NCBI GenBank assembly: GCA_001643675.2 | Contig: LSRY02000004.1 | Location: 496,001 to 560,000, forward strand | Source of the DNA: Monocercomonoides exilis PA203 | Lineage: Eukaryota > Protista > Preaxostyla | Direction of reading: 5' to 3' | DNA length: 64,000 bases | Shown: in pieces, positions 45,953 to 59,076 of the stretch | How the letters are laid out: each line of letters opens with the position of its first letter | Numbering within the stretch: position 1 is the stretch's first letter | Made by a program: the position numbers and the translations under genes | The notes under the pieces: model-generated | What the model saw: the letters and a program-made list of their open reading frames with translations, nothing else | What the model was told of the DNA's origin: nothing | Database searches by the model: none

Positions 45953-47877
45953 TATTGCAAAAAGATTGTGATTGCTCTCATAGCATTTGCAGACTCCCCT
46001 CTCGTTGTGTCGCTTTATCTTCAGGATTTCAAAAGCAGCACACTCAACGGAAAACAGAAGGAATGCATGCCAAGGAGTGAGAAGAAAATCTCTCCTCAGC
46101 AGCCACTGTTGAGCAACAGTAATTAATATTTTTTTCCCCACAAGCAGCAATAGCATTATCCCACCCTCATCCTTGTCCGTTTGCACCCTTTTCTTCTTCT
46201 TCAAACTTCACCATTCTTTTCATTGCAATCGATCAGTGAAGGAATTGTTTGGAAGAATATCTTCTCAAAGAAGAAAAGAAAAGAAAAGAAGAAGAAGAAG
46301 AAGAAGCTTGCCACCTATTTTGCAGCATCTTTCGGCTTTGCTCACCATGTGGGTGCTCACAAAATAGCATCTGTTCTGAACAAGCTCAGCAAATGTTCAT
46401 CGGAAACTCATCGGTTCAGCAGCCCATGTCCAGCGTCCGTCCTTTCACTTCTCTTGTTCCAGCTTCACCTTCAACTTTCAGCTTCTGTATCCGTCATTGC
46501 TTCTTCCACTTCCGCTTCCGCTTCCGCTTCCACTTTCATTTTCCCTCCTCAGATCAATCGCATCTGACATCGTAACCATCACAGCTCCAGCTGGAAAATG
46601 TCCAATCAACTCTCGCTTCACTTCTCCAAGCGTCTTCCGCTCTGATGGCTGCCCTGCCCAGCAGCACTTCACAAGCTCGCTCCAGCTCGCACACTCAACA
46701 GCTTCCAAGTTTGGCCTCTCTCCATTCACAATCTTCTGCCCTGCCACCTCGGCCTCATACTCCTCAAACGGGATCTTCAGTGTCAAACATTCCCACAGCA
46801 TCATCCCAATTGAAAAGGCAACAGATTCTTTTGTTGCTCCCATCTTCTTGTTCATCAGCAGCTCAGGCGCCATCCACCTCAGGCACTCTTTTTTGAAACA
46901 ATCTTCATCCTCAAAGGCCGATGATGGAAGAGAGTCATCATCATCATCACTGGCAGATGTCACAATTGTTGATGAAGAGATGGATGATGAATCGGAATCA
47001 TCAGAAGAGAAGTCTGAATGCATCACAATGCATATCACCATATGTTCCGAGAAGAGAACAATGTGCGGACTCAGGTTGGCCAACGATTGGAGCGGGTTGT
47101 TCATTTCGTCGAAGGAGTGGAGCGCAAGATTCGCCACCCAGAACAGGATCTGAGCAGCCGTCTGCTCCCTCTCCTGCAGAGTGCCAATCGCCATCTCCTT
47201 TGTCTTGTTCCTCCCGTGAAGCAACATGAACAGCGAATCCCTCAAGTCTACAATCAATTTCTCGTGAGGGGATGAGCATGCCATTGCATCCACCAGATTC
47301 GACATCGATGAAGTAGTGGGGCACAAATCCTCTCTCCGAACAAAAGTGGATTCTGTGTCTGAAGTGTCTGTGGTTGAAGTGGATGAAATGGATGGCGATG
47401 GTGTTCGCTTTCTTGTTTCCTCCTCTTCTTTTTCGTCAACCTTCTCCAGCATCCATTCAGGAATCTTGTCTGAGTCTCTCCCCAAAATGTATTCAGTGGA
47501 GCCACTCTCGCTCAAAAGATGCTCTGAAGACTCAGAATGTTGCATATTCGTATCATATATTCTCTTCTTCATTCTCTCATCATTTTTCTTCTCTGCCTCC
47601 CTCTCTGCCCTCCTCCACTGCTCCTCAGGCGACATCTCCATCGTCACCATCTCAAATGCTTTTGGATCCTTCTTCACTGTGTCTTCCACAATCTCTCTCA
47701 GATCTTCTGCTTCATTCTTCACCTTCTTCCATCGAACAATGAATATTATTGATACAATTAACAGTATCACCACGATCACAATACAAACAATCAAAACCCA
47801 TGAGATTTTTCCTTCTTTTCCTCCTTTTGAGATTCGTTCATCATCTTTTGGTGGAGTAATACTTGCATTCTTCAGAA
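45811..47877 (-). repeat. Right arm of the 2,067-bp inverted repeat
   Basis: Reverse complement of 41765-43831. Confidence 0.95.
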
Positions 47878-50800
47878 TGAATGAATTGGAAAAACTTGGT
47901 GCTGCGGGATCTCCATATTGAAGTGACACAGAAACTTCTGTTTCATCTTCGGTATTTCCCAGCTTTTCTGTTGGAACACATGAGTGAACTTCATTCTCTG
48001 AGATAAACCCATCTGTGTCAAAACCGTATTTCTCAACCTGCTCTTCACTGCCCCTCCTGAAAACTAATCTCAACATCAGATCGCAAGGCAAAAGAAGCTG
48101 CCCTTTAATCTTCAGCTTTGTCGCAGTTCCTTCATTTTCTTTCTCCACTGACTCGAGCAACGGAATGAAAAATGAAGAAGGACATTCCCCCGCTATTCCT
48201 TCCATTTCACAATTCTCGCTCACGATCCATAAGGATGAATTTTTCACAGTTCCATCTCCTCCCTTCAGGCTCCTGATGTTCAATATTGCATGGTCTGTGC
48301 AAATAATGTTCCGTCGAGCTGATGGATATCCTTTCACTGATGGATCATTCCCCGAAAACATGCTCATCACCACCCCAACATTCCCACTTGACACGGACAG
48401 TCCACCAACTTCCGAATTCTTGATCGTTGTATCATTGAGTTCCACATGAGAATTCACACAATCAACAAGAGATCCGTTCCATTTGCATAGTTCATCTCCA
48501 GCACTCGAGCAAAGTCTGTTTGTGTTCCTCTTATCTCTCTCAATTTCTCCATCAAAAACACTCGATTCAATAATCACATTTGAACATGAACTTATTGACA
48601 CAACTTCTCCCTTTTCCTTTTTCGTGTTTGTGCAGCTTCCAAATGTGCTGTTTCGAATTAGCAGAGGAATGTGTTTCGATTTGAGTCTTATTACACTTCC
48701 ATCCAATGAAGAACATGTTATATTCTTCATTTCTGCCACACTCAATTCAATCATTTTTTCTCCTTCTTGCTCCAAAACTTGTTCACCATTTTCATCAACA
48801 TGAATGCACCATCTTTCACAAGTGATATCGCTCATTCCGATCTTCTCCATCAAGACACTCTCACAACCACTCTGGCACTCGATCAGACAGCTTGAAGTCA
48901 CATGCAACGACTCAAACTTGATATCAAACAACTGAGCACTCCCTCCACCAAAGCTTAGACAAATAAAGGGAAAGTCACTCAATTGTTCATCTGATTCCAG
49001 CCCACTAAAGCCACATTGGCTCATCAAGAAAAAGCCAGACTCAACTGCAAAAAGCGTTGAATGTTGAGGTGGTTGTGAGGTTTGCACCACAAAAACAAGA
49101 TACAAAACCGACACAACACCTTCACTTCTCACAACTGCTTCAATCCCTGGAGCAAAAGCATTCTCCACCACAGCAACAACACCTTTCTTTCCAGGTGCAT
49201 TAAGAGCCGTCAGCGTCAAATCATGGAGATCCACCTCACTCATCAACTTCGACTCTTCATCCACAAGCATCCTCGCTTCCACATCTCTCGTCACATGACC
49301 CAACCCATACTCAATGGACAAGCATGGATTCGCCCGACTTCCACAATTTCGCTCATTCTTTCCATTCTTCCCCAAGGCATTCGACAACACAATGATGTCA
49401 GACTGAAAGATTGCAATGATGCTCATCAAATCAATCGGCTCGCTCGTGTGCTCCGTTCTGTCTATCCCACAGATTGCATTCAGTCGCACATACACAGACT
49501 CCCGCAGATCCATCAGAAACTGTGTCTCGTTTATCTGCCTGGAGATTCGATGGCACTCAACAAATATATCCCGCCCTGCTTTTGCACTGTTTGCACTGAA
49601 GTTCATGTTAACAAAACAAAAGTCAAGATCCTCTGTCAGTCTCGTTGCAACATACACACCTCCTCCTCTCCCCTCCATCGAGCACCCGCACCTCACCATC
49701 AAGCAATCAACCATTCTCATAACTCCTCCTTCACTCAGTTCAAACAAGCACACTCCACCTTTCATCGACTTATTCCCCAGACAACCCTCAAATCTACTGC
49801 CATTCACCACCAGCTCTGCTCCTCCGCTCCCTTCACTGATCATTCCACTCGGCTCAACACCATTGCAAGTGATGGATGAAAAAGTGGAATTGCACAGAGA
49901 CACAACACAACCCTCATGTGATCCCTTCACAGATTCCTCCATCGCAAATGTCTCCACAACAGATCCGCTCCTGAAGCTCACTGATGTGAAGACAATCTTA
50001 TTAAGATCACACTCAACACCATCCCCGTTCACAAGCAGAACACTCTCACAAAAACTCGTCGATTCACAGCTCAGTCGACAAACAACCATTCGACCCTTTT
50101 CCATCCTCACCATGTTGATGTTTCCTTCTTGTTCAGGTATCTCTTTCAAACTGAAAGAACAATCTGTAATATTCAACATTCCATCCTCGTTGATGATCAC
50201 AGCCTTCTTTTCATTCTGCAAACTTGACTTCACCAGCAAGTTGATCATCTCGAGCAACAAAGTTTTTCTGTTTTTCACATACCCTCCACTCCCTGATGAA
50301 TCGCTCCCTTCAAATTCTAACGTTGCCAGTTGACCCTCAAAACCATCCGCATTTGTTATTCCATGAGGTGAAGCAGCTTTTCTTCTGGCAAGAGATGCAG
50401 AGGCGATGACCATTTCTGAGAGGTCAAATCCATCTGTGATCTTTGTCTTTTCCCAAATGAATATTGCCTTCTTTTCAGCTCCCACCTCCAGTTGTTGCAT
50501 CCCTTTCCAAAATGAACAGCATGGGTCCCTTTCGCTCCCACATCTCTTCACATCGAATCCCTTCTCTCCAACATATATATGCCCAGAGCTGAACGAAACA
50601 AGAAAACGGAACAGGTCTGTTGTCTCATTGAACACATCCCTCCCCACAAATGCATTTTCATCATCCTTCAACGATTCGAAATCAAAGCAAAAGGCTCTTT
50701 CACTCACTGTTCTGTTCAGATCCCTTTCCACAACAAAAATGTTTTTCCCTCTCCATGCCTCATTTCCATCAAACACCATCTCTTCAAACACAAATGGCGT

Positions 50801-53800
50801 TTCCTGATTCGCTTTGCTTGAGTCCACAAACAAAAACCCTCCTTTGCTTTCCTCCTTCACACACTGACATCTCACTGCTGTTATGTTTTTCATTTGAAGC
50901 CTCGTGACAACTGAGTCGAGAATGACTCTCATTGCTCCTCCTTCCTCACACTAACTTGAAATCCCTTCCACAGTGCATGAGCTGATGTTTGTGTCGCACT
51001 GCAGCACAAACGGGGTGCTCACAAACTGAACTGTTCCTACAACACATTCTCCAATCTCAACTTTTCCTCTGATCCCTTTGATCAGATACACATCCACCTT
51101 CCTGCTTGAACTGCAATCAAACAGGCACTTGCGAACGATCAGAGCTTCACTTTCACTCATCGATGAGTATGTGATCAGGATCTCATGACCACTCGAAAAC
51201 GAATACGGAAGAGCAAACACTAATCCAGCAAAACGTAATGCGCCTTGCCCAGTTATCACCGTTTTCTCTCTCTCTCCTTTGATTTCGGTTTTGAATTCAA
51301 GTCGACTTTTCTCTCCAGAATCATTCGCGGAAGAACCTTCTGAACAGATTTCACATCCCGTCAATTCATATTCGTTTTCAACAAATGTCCCATCTGTGAT
51401 GACAACCCTTTTCGAATCCAAACTGCCCTTCACATTCTCAAATCCTCTCCAAAAAGACTGACATGGATATGTCTCACTCCCACAGCCAAGAACATCACAC
51501 CCTTTCTTGCTCACTCGTATTTCTTCCGAGACATACTGAACCAACAACAGCTTCAGATCCACAATTGCTCCTCCAAAGTTTGTCTCATCGCTTCCTGCAA
51601 AATCCACACACACTCTCCCTTCCTCATCAAATAGCACTTCTTCAAAACAAGTGCTCTTCATTGATTCATTCAAATCCACACTTCGAACAAACATATCTCT
51701 CCCAGCCCATGCAACGTTCTCAGAAAAACTCACATTCCCAAAAAACAAAACTCCATTTCCAGTTATTTCAGCAAAAACACTTCCACCCTTTCCATCGTCC
51801 GTATTCGCCGAGCATCCTTTGAGTGTGCTCGATCTTATTGTGAAAACTGAGTATTCATTCATTTCGCTGTTTATCATTCCACCATCTCCTTCCTTTGCCA
51901 AACATCCAACAAAATTGCAGTCGTTCTCCACTTGCAGCTTGCTCCCTTTTGCTATCCGAATCACACCTCCTTTCTGCGAACTGCTCTGAGTGATGTTGGA
52001 TGAGTTAATCATCATCTCTCCACCTTGTTCAATAACAATTATCCCTCCACCTTCTCCGCTCACTTCACCGACTGATGTGTTTTCAACACTGGCAAAGCAC
52101 TCTCCTCCCACGCAAACCATCCCATATCCTCCTTTGAACAGCATCCCAGGCACACTCACAGACACAAAACCAATCTCTCCTCCTCTTCCATTCACAATCC
52201 ATTCCCAGCACTGTCTTTTCTCTTCTCCAATCTTCCCGAATGCACAGCTGGTGATTGATAATTTCCCACTCTCCACGCACACGAACTCATCAAACTCACT
52301 TTTTTCCTCAGGAAGCCAGATCCTCAGGCTGCTCAACATCAGATTGTTCGGCTCCAACGATGATGAAAGCAACAAATGCCCTTCTGCTTTCACATTCATC
52401 ACACTTTCACTGTTCTTGCCTCTTATCGCCAATGGATGTTCTCTTCGCTCAACTTCCTTCTCCAGGTCTGCTTTCGTCTTGATTTGCACAATCCACTGGC
52501 TCTCATTCATCCGCCCCATCCCATATCCCACATCTCGACAAAACCCTTCCACACTGAACATCCCACAGTTTGCTTCATTCTTCCCACTTTCATCCACAAA
52601 CACTATCTCTTCATCCCCAGGGAACAGATACGTCTTCAGAGACACACCTTCATCGCTCCCTGCTTCTCCATCCCCAACCCAAAAGTTATTCTCTCCAGCA
52701 CCCTCATCAAACCCTTCCCAAACAACTAGTGTAATCATTGTTCGTGGTGAAGGACACACAACATACACATCCCATCCGATTAATCCCACATTCGATGCAA
52801 ATATATTCCTCCTCACCCAATAATTCACTTCTGTGCTTTCAATGTTAATGAATAACCCACCTCCTTGTCCACTCTGCTCTGAAACAATATTCTCCTTCAC
52901 AGTGTTGTCATCAAACTCCATCCTGCCACTGCCGCTCAACGATATCATCATCCCCCCGCCTTTCCCGTTTCCAATCAATGCCCCGCAGTTTGTCATGTTG
53001 CACTGCCTCATCTTGAATGAGCACCCCTTCTCCACTTTTCCCTCAATTCCCCCACCATTTCCAATCTGCCTCTTCCAGTCACTCAACGATGAATTGTCCA
53101 CAATTGTCTCAGCACACTCATCGATAGAAAGCAATGCACAATTCTGCAGCAACTCTGAACCTGAAACTGAAGAATCATTGATCCACATTGAGCAGAGCCT
53201 TCCCACCATCAGCCCCTTCTGCCCATTGCAGCTCACAGAATCAATGGCCATCCCACTGAATCGTCCACTCGCTTCATTCCCTTCAACCACAAACATCCCA
53301 CAATTCCCCAATTTCACATCTCTTGCTTCAAAACCCACAACTTCCAACGTCCCTCCCTCAACTCTCGCAAAATTATACTCAACACTTTTTGTTTCATCAC
53401 TTCTCCACACACACGAACAGCCAAGCATTTTCATTGTTTTCTGACCAACAAAGAACAAATTCATTCTTGCAATTGGAACAAATTCAATTGGCACCTCAAA
53501 ACTCACATCGCTAATCTCAACATCCACAAATGATTCAACAACATTTGATCCTTCTCCTGTGATGTTCTGCACAAACTTCGTTTGAAGGCTCTTGTCAAGA
53601 CCTCGCAAAAAAATATTCTTGTTGCTGAAGGAAAGGCATTCTTTGAATGCAAACGAAGGATAAATATGGATCTCAGTCACATTTTGACTCAATTTGATCC
53701 GGCGGGAAAGAAGAAATCTGACACTCTCACAAGGCACATCTCCAAATCCACATCCCGAATGATCAAACCCTTCATCCTCCTTTCCTCCAACATAACCCCC

Positions 53801-56800
53801 ATCCCCAATCTCCCTGAAATAGACCTCAAGAGGAATCCAATATTCTGTTTTGGTTGTTGATTCCTCAAATCCCATCAGATCTTCTCGTTCCATTCCTTCC
53901 ATCTCAAACTTCATTGTGTTGTTGTTCACAACAATGTCCAACTGCATCGCATCCACAAACATGTTCCTCCCTTTCCAGGCACTGCAAGTCTCAAATGTCA
54001 GCTCTGAGAGTGTCAATACGCCACTTCCATCCAACAGCTCGAGAAACATTCCCCCTCCGAGCCCTCTTCCAACACTCTCCGAGTCTTCAGCAGGAACAGA
54101 ACAGTTCTTGAATCCAACTTTCTCCATTGCCAGCTCAATGCCCGCATCCAACACCACAAGCAATCCGCCTCCTTTCAGGCTCATTCCTGCTTCACATGCT
54201 CCACCAATAGTCACATTCTTCATCCTCACAAACGGATTCTCCCCACTTTTTCCTCTCAAATTCATGCATCCTCCATTCCCATTCATTTTGCTCACATTAC
54301 ACAATACACAATCTTCCATGGTAATTTTTCCTCCATTCTCCACAGCAAATCCAGAACAGCCATGGAATCCAATCCCATCTTCCAAGCACACACATTTCAT
54401 CGTCAGATCCCCGCTGCAAACATGAATCACACTGAACTCAACAAACACCCCTTCTTTGTCTCCCAAAAACGCAAATACGCACTCTATCAACTTCAGATCC
54501 TTCTTCGAAATAAGAAAACTGCAATGACTTTCTTTCATGGAGAGTGGAAGTGCAAACGAAATGTTTTCAAAGCTGATGTTGCTCGCACACTCCACAAGGC
54601 CTTCTTGCTCCACATCTCCATTGTCATGAACATCAACCATTATTCCAGGGCTGACCTGAGAGGTCACACTCATGGCAAACAGGGGAAAGGCAAATTCATC
54701 ATTTATCGATGATCCAGACTCAAGCATCACAGACTCCACGTTGTTTCCTGCTCGTCTTCCAGCACAATAATCAACTGTCAAGCACGGAAACGAAGCAAAT
54801 CCACAAAAATCGTGATCAGTTCCACAACTCCCATCAACAACCAGCTGCGTTCCGACTGAGCACAGAAACACATGAAGCGGAATAACACATGATTCGTTCC
54901 CATTTTCCATCCCGCTCAGCTGCAGTGCATCTGTTGGAATCGTTTTGAAATCGAAAAACTCGAATGATGAGCGATTGGTCACTTCTCTCAGATGAACTCC
55001 TCTCTCACACAAAACAAGCACATCCTTGCCATATCTCGCATCATTCTTTTCCAATGACCCAAAAGTCACATCCCCTCCAATCTCGAATTTCAACGGAACC
55101 TCTTCCACCCTGATCATCATCCCCCCTCCTCTGCCATTTGCCCCTTCACCACCTGGTGCTGCACAACCATCAAACGCTGTTGTTCCGTTGATGAACAGTT
55201 CGTTCTCTCCCTTCACTTCAGCCATCATTCCCCCACCACATGAGCTGCTTCCAGCCACACCACACCCACTGAAGTTGCACGAATCAATCGCCATCCTGAT
55301 TTTCTTCTTCTCAGCAGATATGCAACCCCCATTTCCGCTCTCTTTTTTCACCCCCACCATTTTGCATTCACACAGCACAACTTCACATTCCCCATCAACC
55401 CAGATCATCGAGGAAGATGAAAACTCAATCCCAGTCTCACTGTTGAACGATTCCATGTGTATCCTTCCCCCTGTCACCCTCACAATGCTGAAGCTCACTT
55501 TCTGCTCAGAAGACATATCAGTCAAGGATGCTGAGCAACATTTCATATGAAAGGTTCCTGATGAACATGAAATGAACGATGCTGCAGCTCCCAGATTCGC
55601 TGGAAGATAAAATCCTATGTTGGCTAATTCAGTCTGATTTTTCACCATTATCATCCCCTCAGATGTTGCTGAATCGACCTTTGCCACTTCAACCCTTTCT
55701 CCCACAAGCTCGCAGCTCACGTTCCACTTGCAGTCTTCCATCGCAACAACTTCCTTCAAAACAAAGTTCGGATTGAGGATTATGGTGCAATCACTGTTCG
55801 GAAACTGAACAGAACTCATGAAGTTCATCGTTGCACAAGGATAACCGTCAAACCCACAGTTGTTGAAATCCTTGCAATTCCTTCCCCCAACAAACCCTGG
55901 AATTGGAAATGGATGAATCATATAAATAGACAAGGGAATTATGAAATCCTCATCACTGCTTTCGCTCCCCATTGCATCATTGTCATGCTCTCTATCTGCT
56001 TCAATGCAGCTCTTGAAATGCACCTTTGAAACAATCCTCTTCAAATCATCCCCAGAAACAAACATGTTGTTCCCCTTCCATGCCTGGTTGTTGGCTCCAA
56101 ATCCCAAACCATCAAAAATATAACCTGTTGCTCCATCATCCACTCTGAGGTACACTCCTCCTCCTTTTCCTTTCAACCCTCCATCATTTCCCGCAGTGCA
56201 CATATCAATTGAGCAACTCAATGTTGCTCCTATCTTCAGTGTTCCTCCACTTCTGACAACAACATTCACACCTCCTCCGTTTCCCTTTTCACTTCTGCAT
56301 CCCGTCAAACTCGCATTCTCAATGATAACCACTTTTCCAGAGTCAATGACCCCGCTCACTGCTCCTCCATCTCCATTCATGTTAGTGATCCCTGAGATGT
56401 CAACTGACGTCAGATTCAGTTCACACGCTTGCCCAACTGAGATCAGCGATGCTCCTGACATATCGAAATCACAAAAAACCACATTTTCCATCTTTGTTCT
56501 GCCTTCTTTCAAATCACAAGCTGCTTTTTCAAAATACGATTCTTCATATCTATCTCCCTTCACAATGGCTTCTCTCACACTCAATGTTCCTGCCGAGGTT
56601 ATTGTGAAAAGCGATGACAGTCCACACGATGAGAGTCTCGAATGGACCAAAGTCATTGATGATAACTCCAGACTTCCACTCGATATTTCAAACAGCCCTC
56701 CTCCATCTCTTGTCACTTTCGAATACAATACCGTTCTTTCTTTGTCTTCTCCACTTATCTCCACACTCTCGCTCCCAATCACAATGCTTTCTTCTGCCTT

Positions 56801-58621
56801 CTCTCCTCGGTGGACAACCATCGGCAATTTCCCTGATCCTCTCCATCTGCTGTCGAAGGTGTATTTCAGCGTCAGACACAAAAACGTTTCGTTTCCGCAA
56901 TTAGCATCGTCGCTTCCACGCTGAGCAGATGAATGAAGCTTGGCCATCGGCTTGGGTGAAGGTGGAAAAGGAATCCAATTTTCATGACCTGTTGCTCCAT
57001 TATCAATGAACAAATGTGGTTCAATTGATGTTGAGAAAGTCTCCACAAATGACTGTTTTGTCAAATTACTCCAGTTTTTAATTCCATAAACATCACTTGC
57101 ATGAGTTCCCGTTGTTGATGCCTCATTTCCCGAGAAAAAACATGTCACAAATGAAACATTGAAAAATGATGCAGATAGATATTGCTCTGTGAGAAAAATA
57201 CATCCTGTTCTTGATGCATGATTGTCCTCAAAAAGACAATCGCGAAAAGAAAAATTCAAGCCACTGAATGTAATTTTCCCCACTCCAGTTTCATAATTTT
57301 TGTTATTATGCGCAAAGACACATCCAGAATACAACGCACCCTTGTAGTTATCACAAAACTGCACAACTCCTTGAGCAGAAGGGCTGCTCAAAAACTGGCA
57401 ATTCAGAACGGAAAAAAAGACTCTTGAGCGAAGGCAAGCTGCTCCTCCAATATTTGCTTTGCAATCTGAAAAATTTGTTTCTTCCATTAAAATCTGTTCA
57501 TCTCCCGAAATATACATAGCTCCACCATGTTGATCAATAGCTTTTGTGCAATTGCATTTAAAAAATATGCACACTCTTATTGTCAAAGCAGCACTGCTGA
57601 ATATTGCGCCTCCTCTTTCTTCGCTTTGAGAGCAAAAACTGCATCTTATAAAGCTGTGATTGCCAGTTGACAGCTCTTGCCTCGTGTTGAAAGTCGAATT
57701 AACTGATGTCGCTAAAAGAAGTCTCTTTTTCCCAAAAAGAGCATTGTTGTGATCAAGCGCATTCAATTTGAAGATGCATGATTCAGTTCTAATAATTGAG
57801 CCTTCGTCAGTATTTCCATTTCCTAAAATTTTCAAATCTTTCCAAATTGATGATTGCTTCTGAAGGGATCGATTCGAAGAATAAGTTGAAGAAGAAAAAA
57901 GAGAAGAAGAAGAATAACAAGGAGATGGAATTTTGCTTTTCTGCAGTTGAGTGATATTGATGAATGAACAGCCCTGAAGATGCACCAAGTTGCTTCCTTT
58001 TCCAATGAGAACAAACGAATCCTTTGCAACGCTCAGCGAACAAATCGAACTCTGCTCAATCAAAAAATGTGTGTTTTTCCCTTCACACAACGGACTTGTA
58101 ACGTGTGCAGGGCTTTGCGAGTCACTTATTGATATGTTGAAAATTCTCACTGACGCTGAGCATGTCCTCGCCAAAGAAGAATAATCGCAGCTGCTTCTCA
58201 CTTTGCAGCTCTCCAAAACAAGTTCTCCATTTCTTTCTATTTCAAACACATTTGCGATATTCCAACTTCCAAGAAGTGATATTTTCTCAAAAGTCGCAGA
58301 TCCATTGGAGAGAAAACAAAAACATCTGAGCTCAGTCAAATCTGTCTCATCCTCGTCATGATTGTTAACCCTCTTTGACAATTCTGAAACTTCGTCTTCC
58401 ACTTTGTTTTCTTTTGTATCTTTTCTGTTTTCCTCAATATGTCCCTCTGACTGGAAAATTTCATGACTTTCAGTCTGTCTGTTTTGAACACTGCTAAAAT
58501 CTGTTGTTCGCAGGCTTTCACAAAGATTCGCAGCCACAGCGCAAAACTCCAGTAGCATCCAATTAATGTGGCAACGCTTTTCTCTGGTTTGGCAAACAAA
58601 TTGATAAGTATCTTTTTTCAT
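46478..58621 (-). CDS. Giant receptor-like surface protein B (~4,047 codons), same family as A, interrupted by one in-frame TAG at 50951-50953 (possible young pseudogene)
   Basis: ORFs 50951-58621 and 46478-50932 are in the same frame: ...ATT TCA AGT TAG TGT GAG GAA GGA GGA GCA ATG = ISS*CEEGGAM. Same repeat motifs as A. The last 465 aa are identical to A. Confidence 0.8.
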
Positions 58622-59076
58622 GATCTCCTAATCCATATCTTCTTTATTTTCTTTTGATTTATAATTCAATCCAAGAAAATAGACCTGCAGTTTCCGATAA
58701 AATATAACCGATCATTTCGCAATGTTTAAATTTGAAAATGTTATTTTTCTGTCTGTATGTTCATTCAAGCACATGAATTTTAAATTACTCAAACAGATTC
58801 AAAAAAACAAAAAAAATTTTCAATTGCATGAGGAAAAGTCATTCAATGAATAATATTTCGCTGAAACTGTTTACAATTCCTTGCTATTCATGTTATTCGT
58901 TCCTTCAATTGAAACTTCATAAGCATTTGAAGATGATGTCCCATTTGTATTTTAGCCATTCCACAAGCACAAATTTAAAAAAAAAATCGCCACACTGGCC
59001 GTTTTATTCTGTATCCCATGTTTCGATGGATTTCTTTCATTCCCACTGATTACAACATTCAGAAAGCGATGCGAAA

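Noticed and set aside
41765-47877. Invertible switch that swaps ectodomains, like a bacterial shufflon
   Set aside because: Recombination between these arms inverts only the spacer and identical sequence, so neither protein changes. No site-specific recombinase is present.
41765-47877. One foldback transposon with 2-kb TIRs
   Set aside because: The outer ends fall in frame at homologous positions of two paralogs, with no target-site duplication seen. This fits homologous conversion better than insertion.
36100-57430. Many 100-300-aa antisense ORFs rich in S/P/F/L opposite the receptor genes
   Set aside because: Shadow ORFs caused by the strong G/A bias of the coding strand; no motifs. The same applies to ORFs opposite TTBK, BRCA2 and the ARF-GEF.
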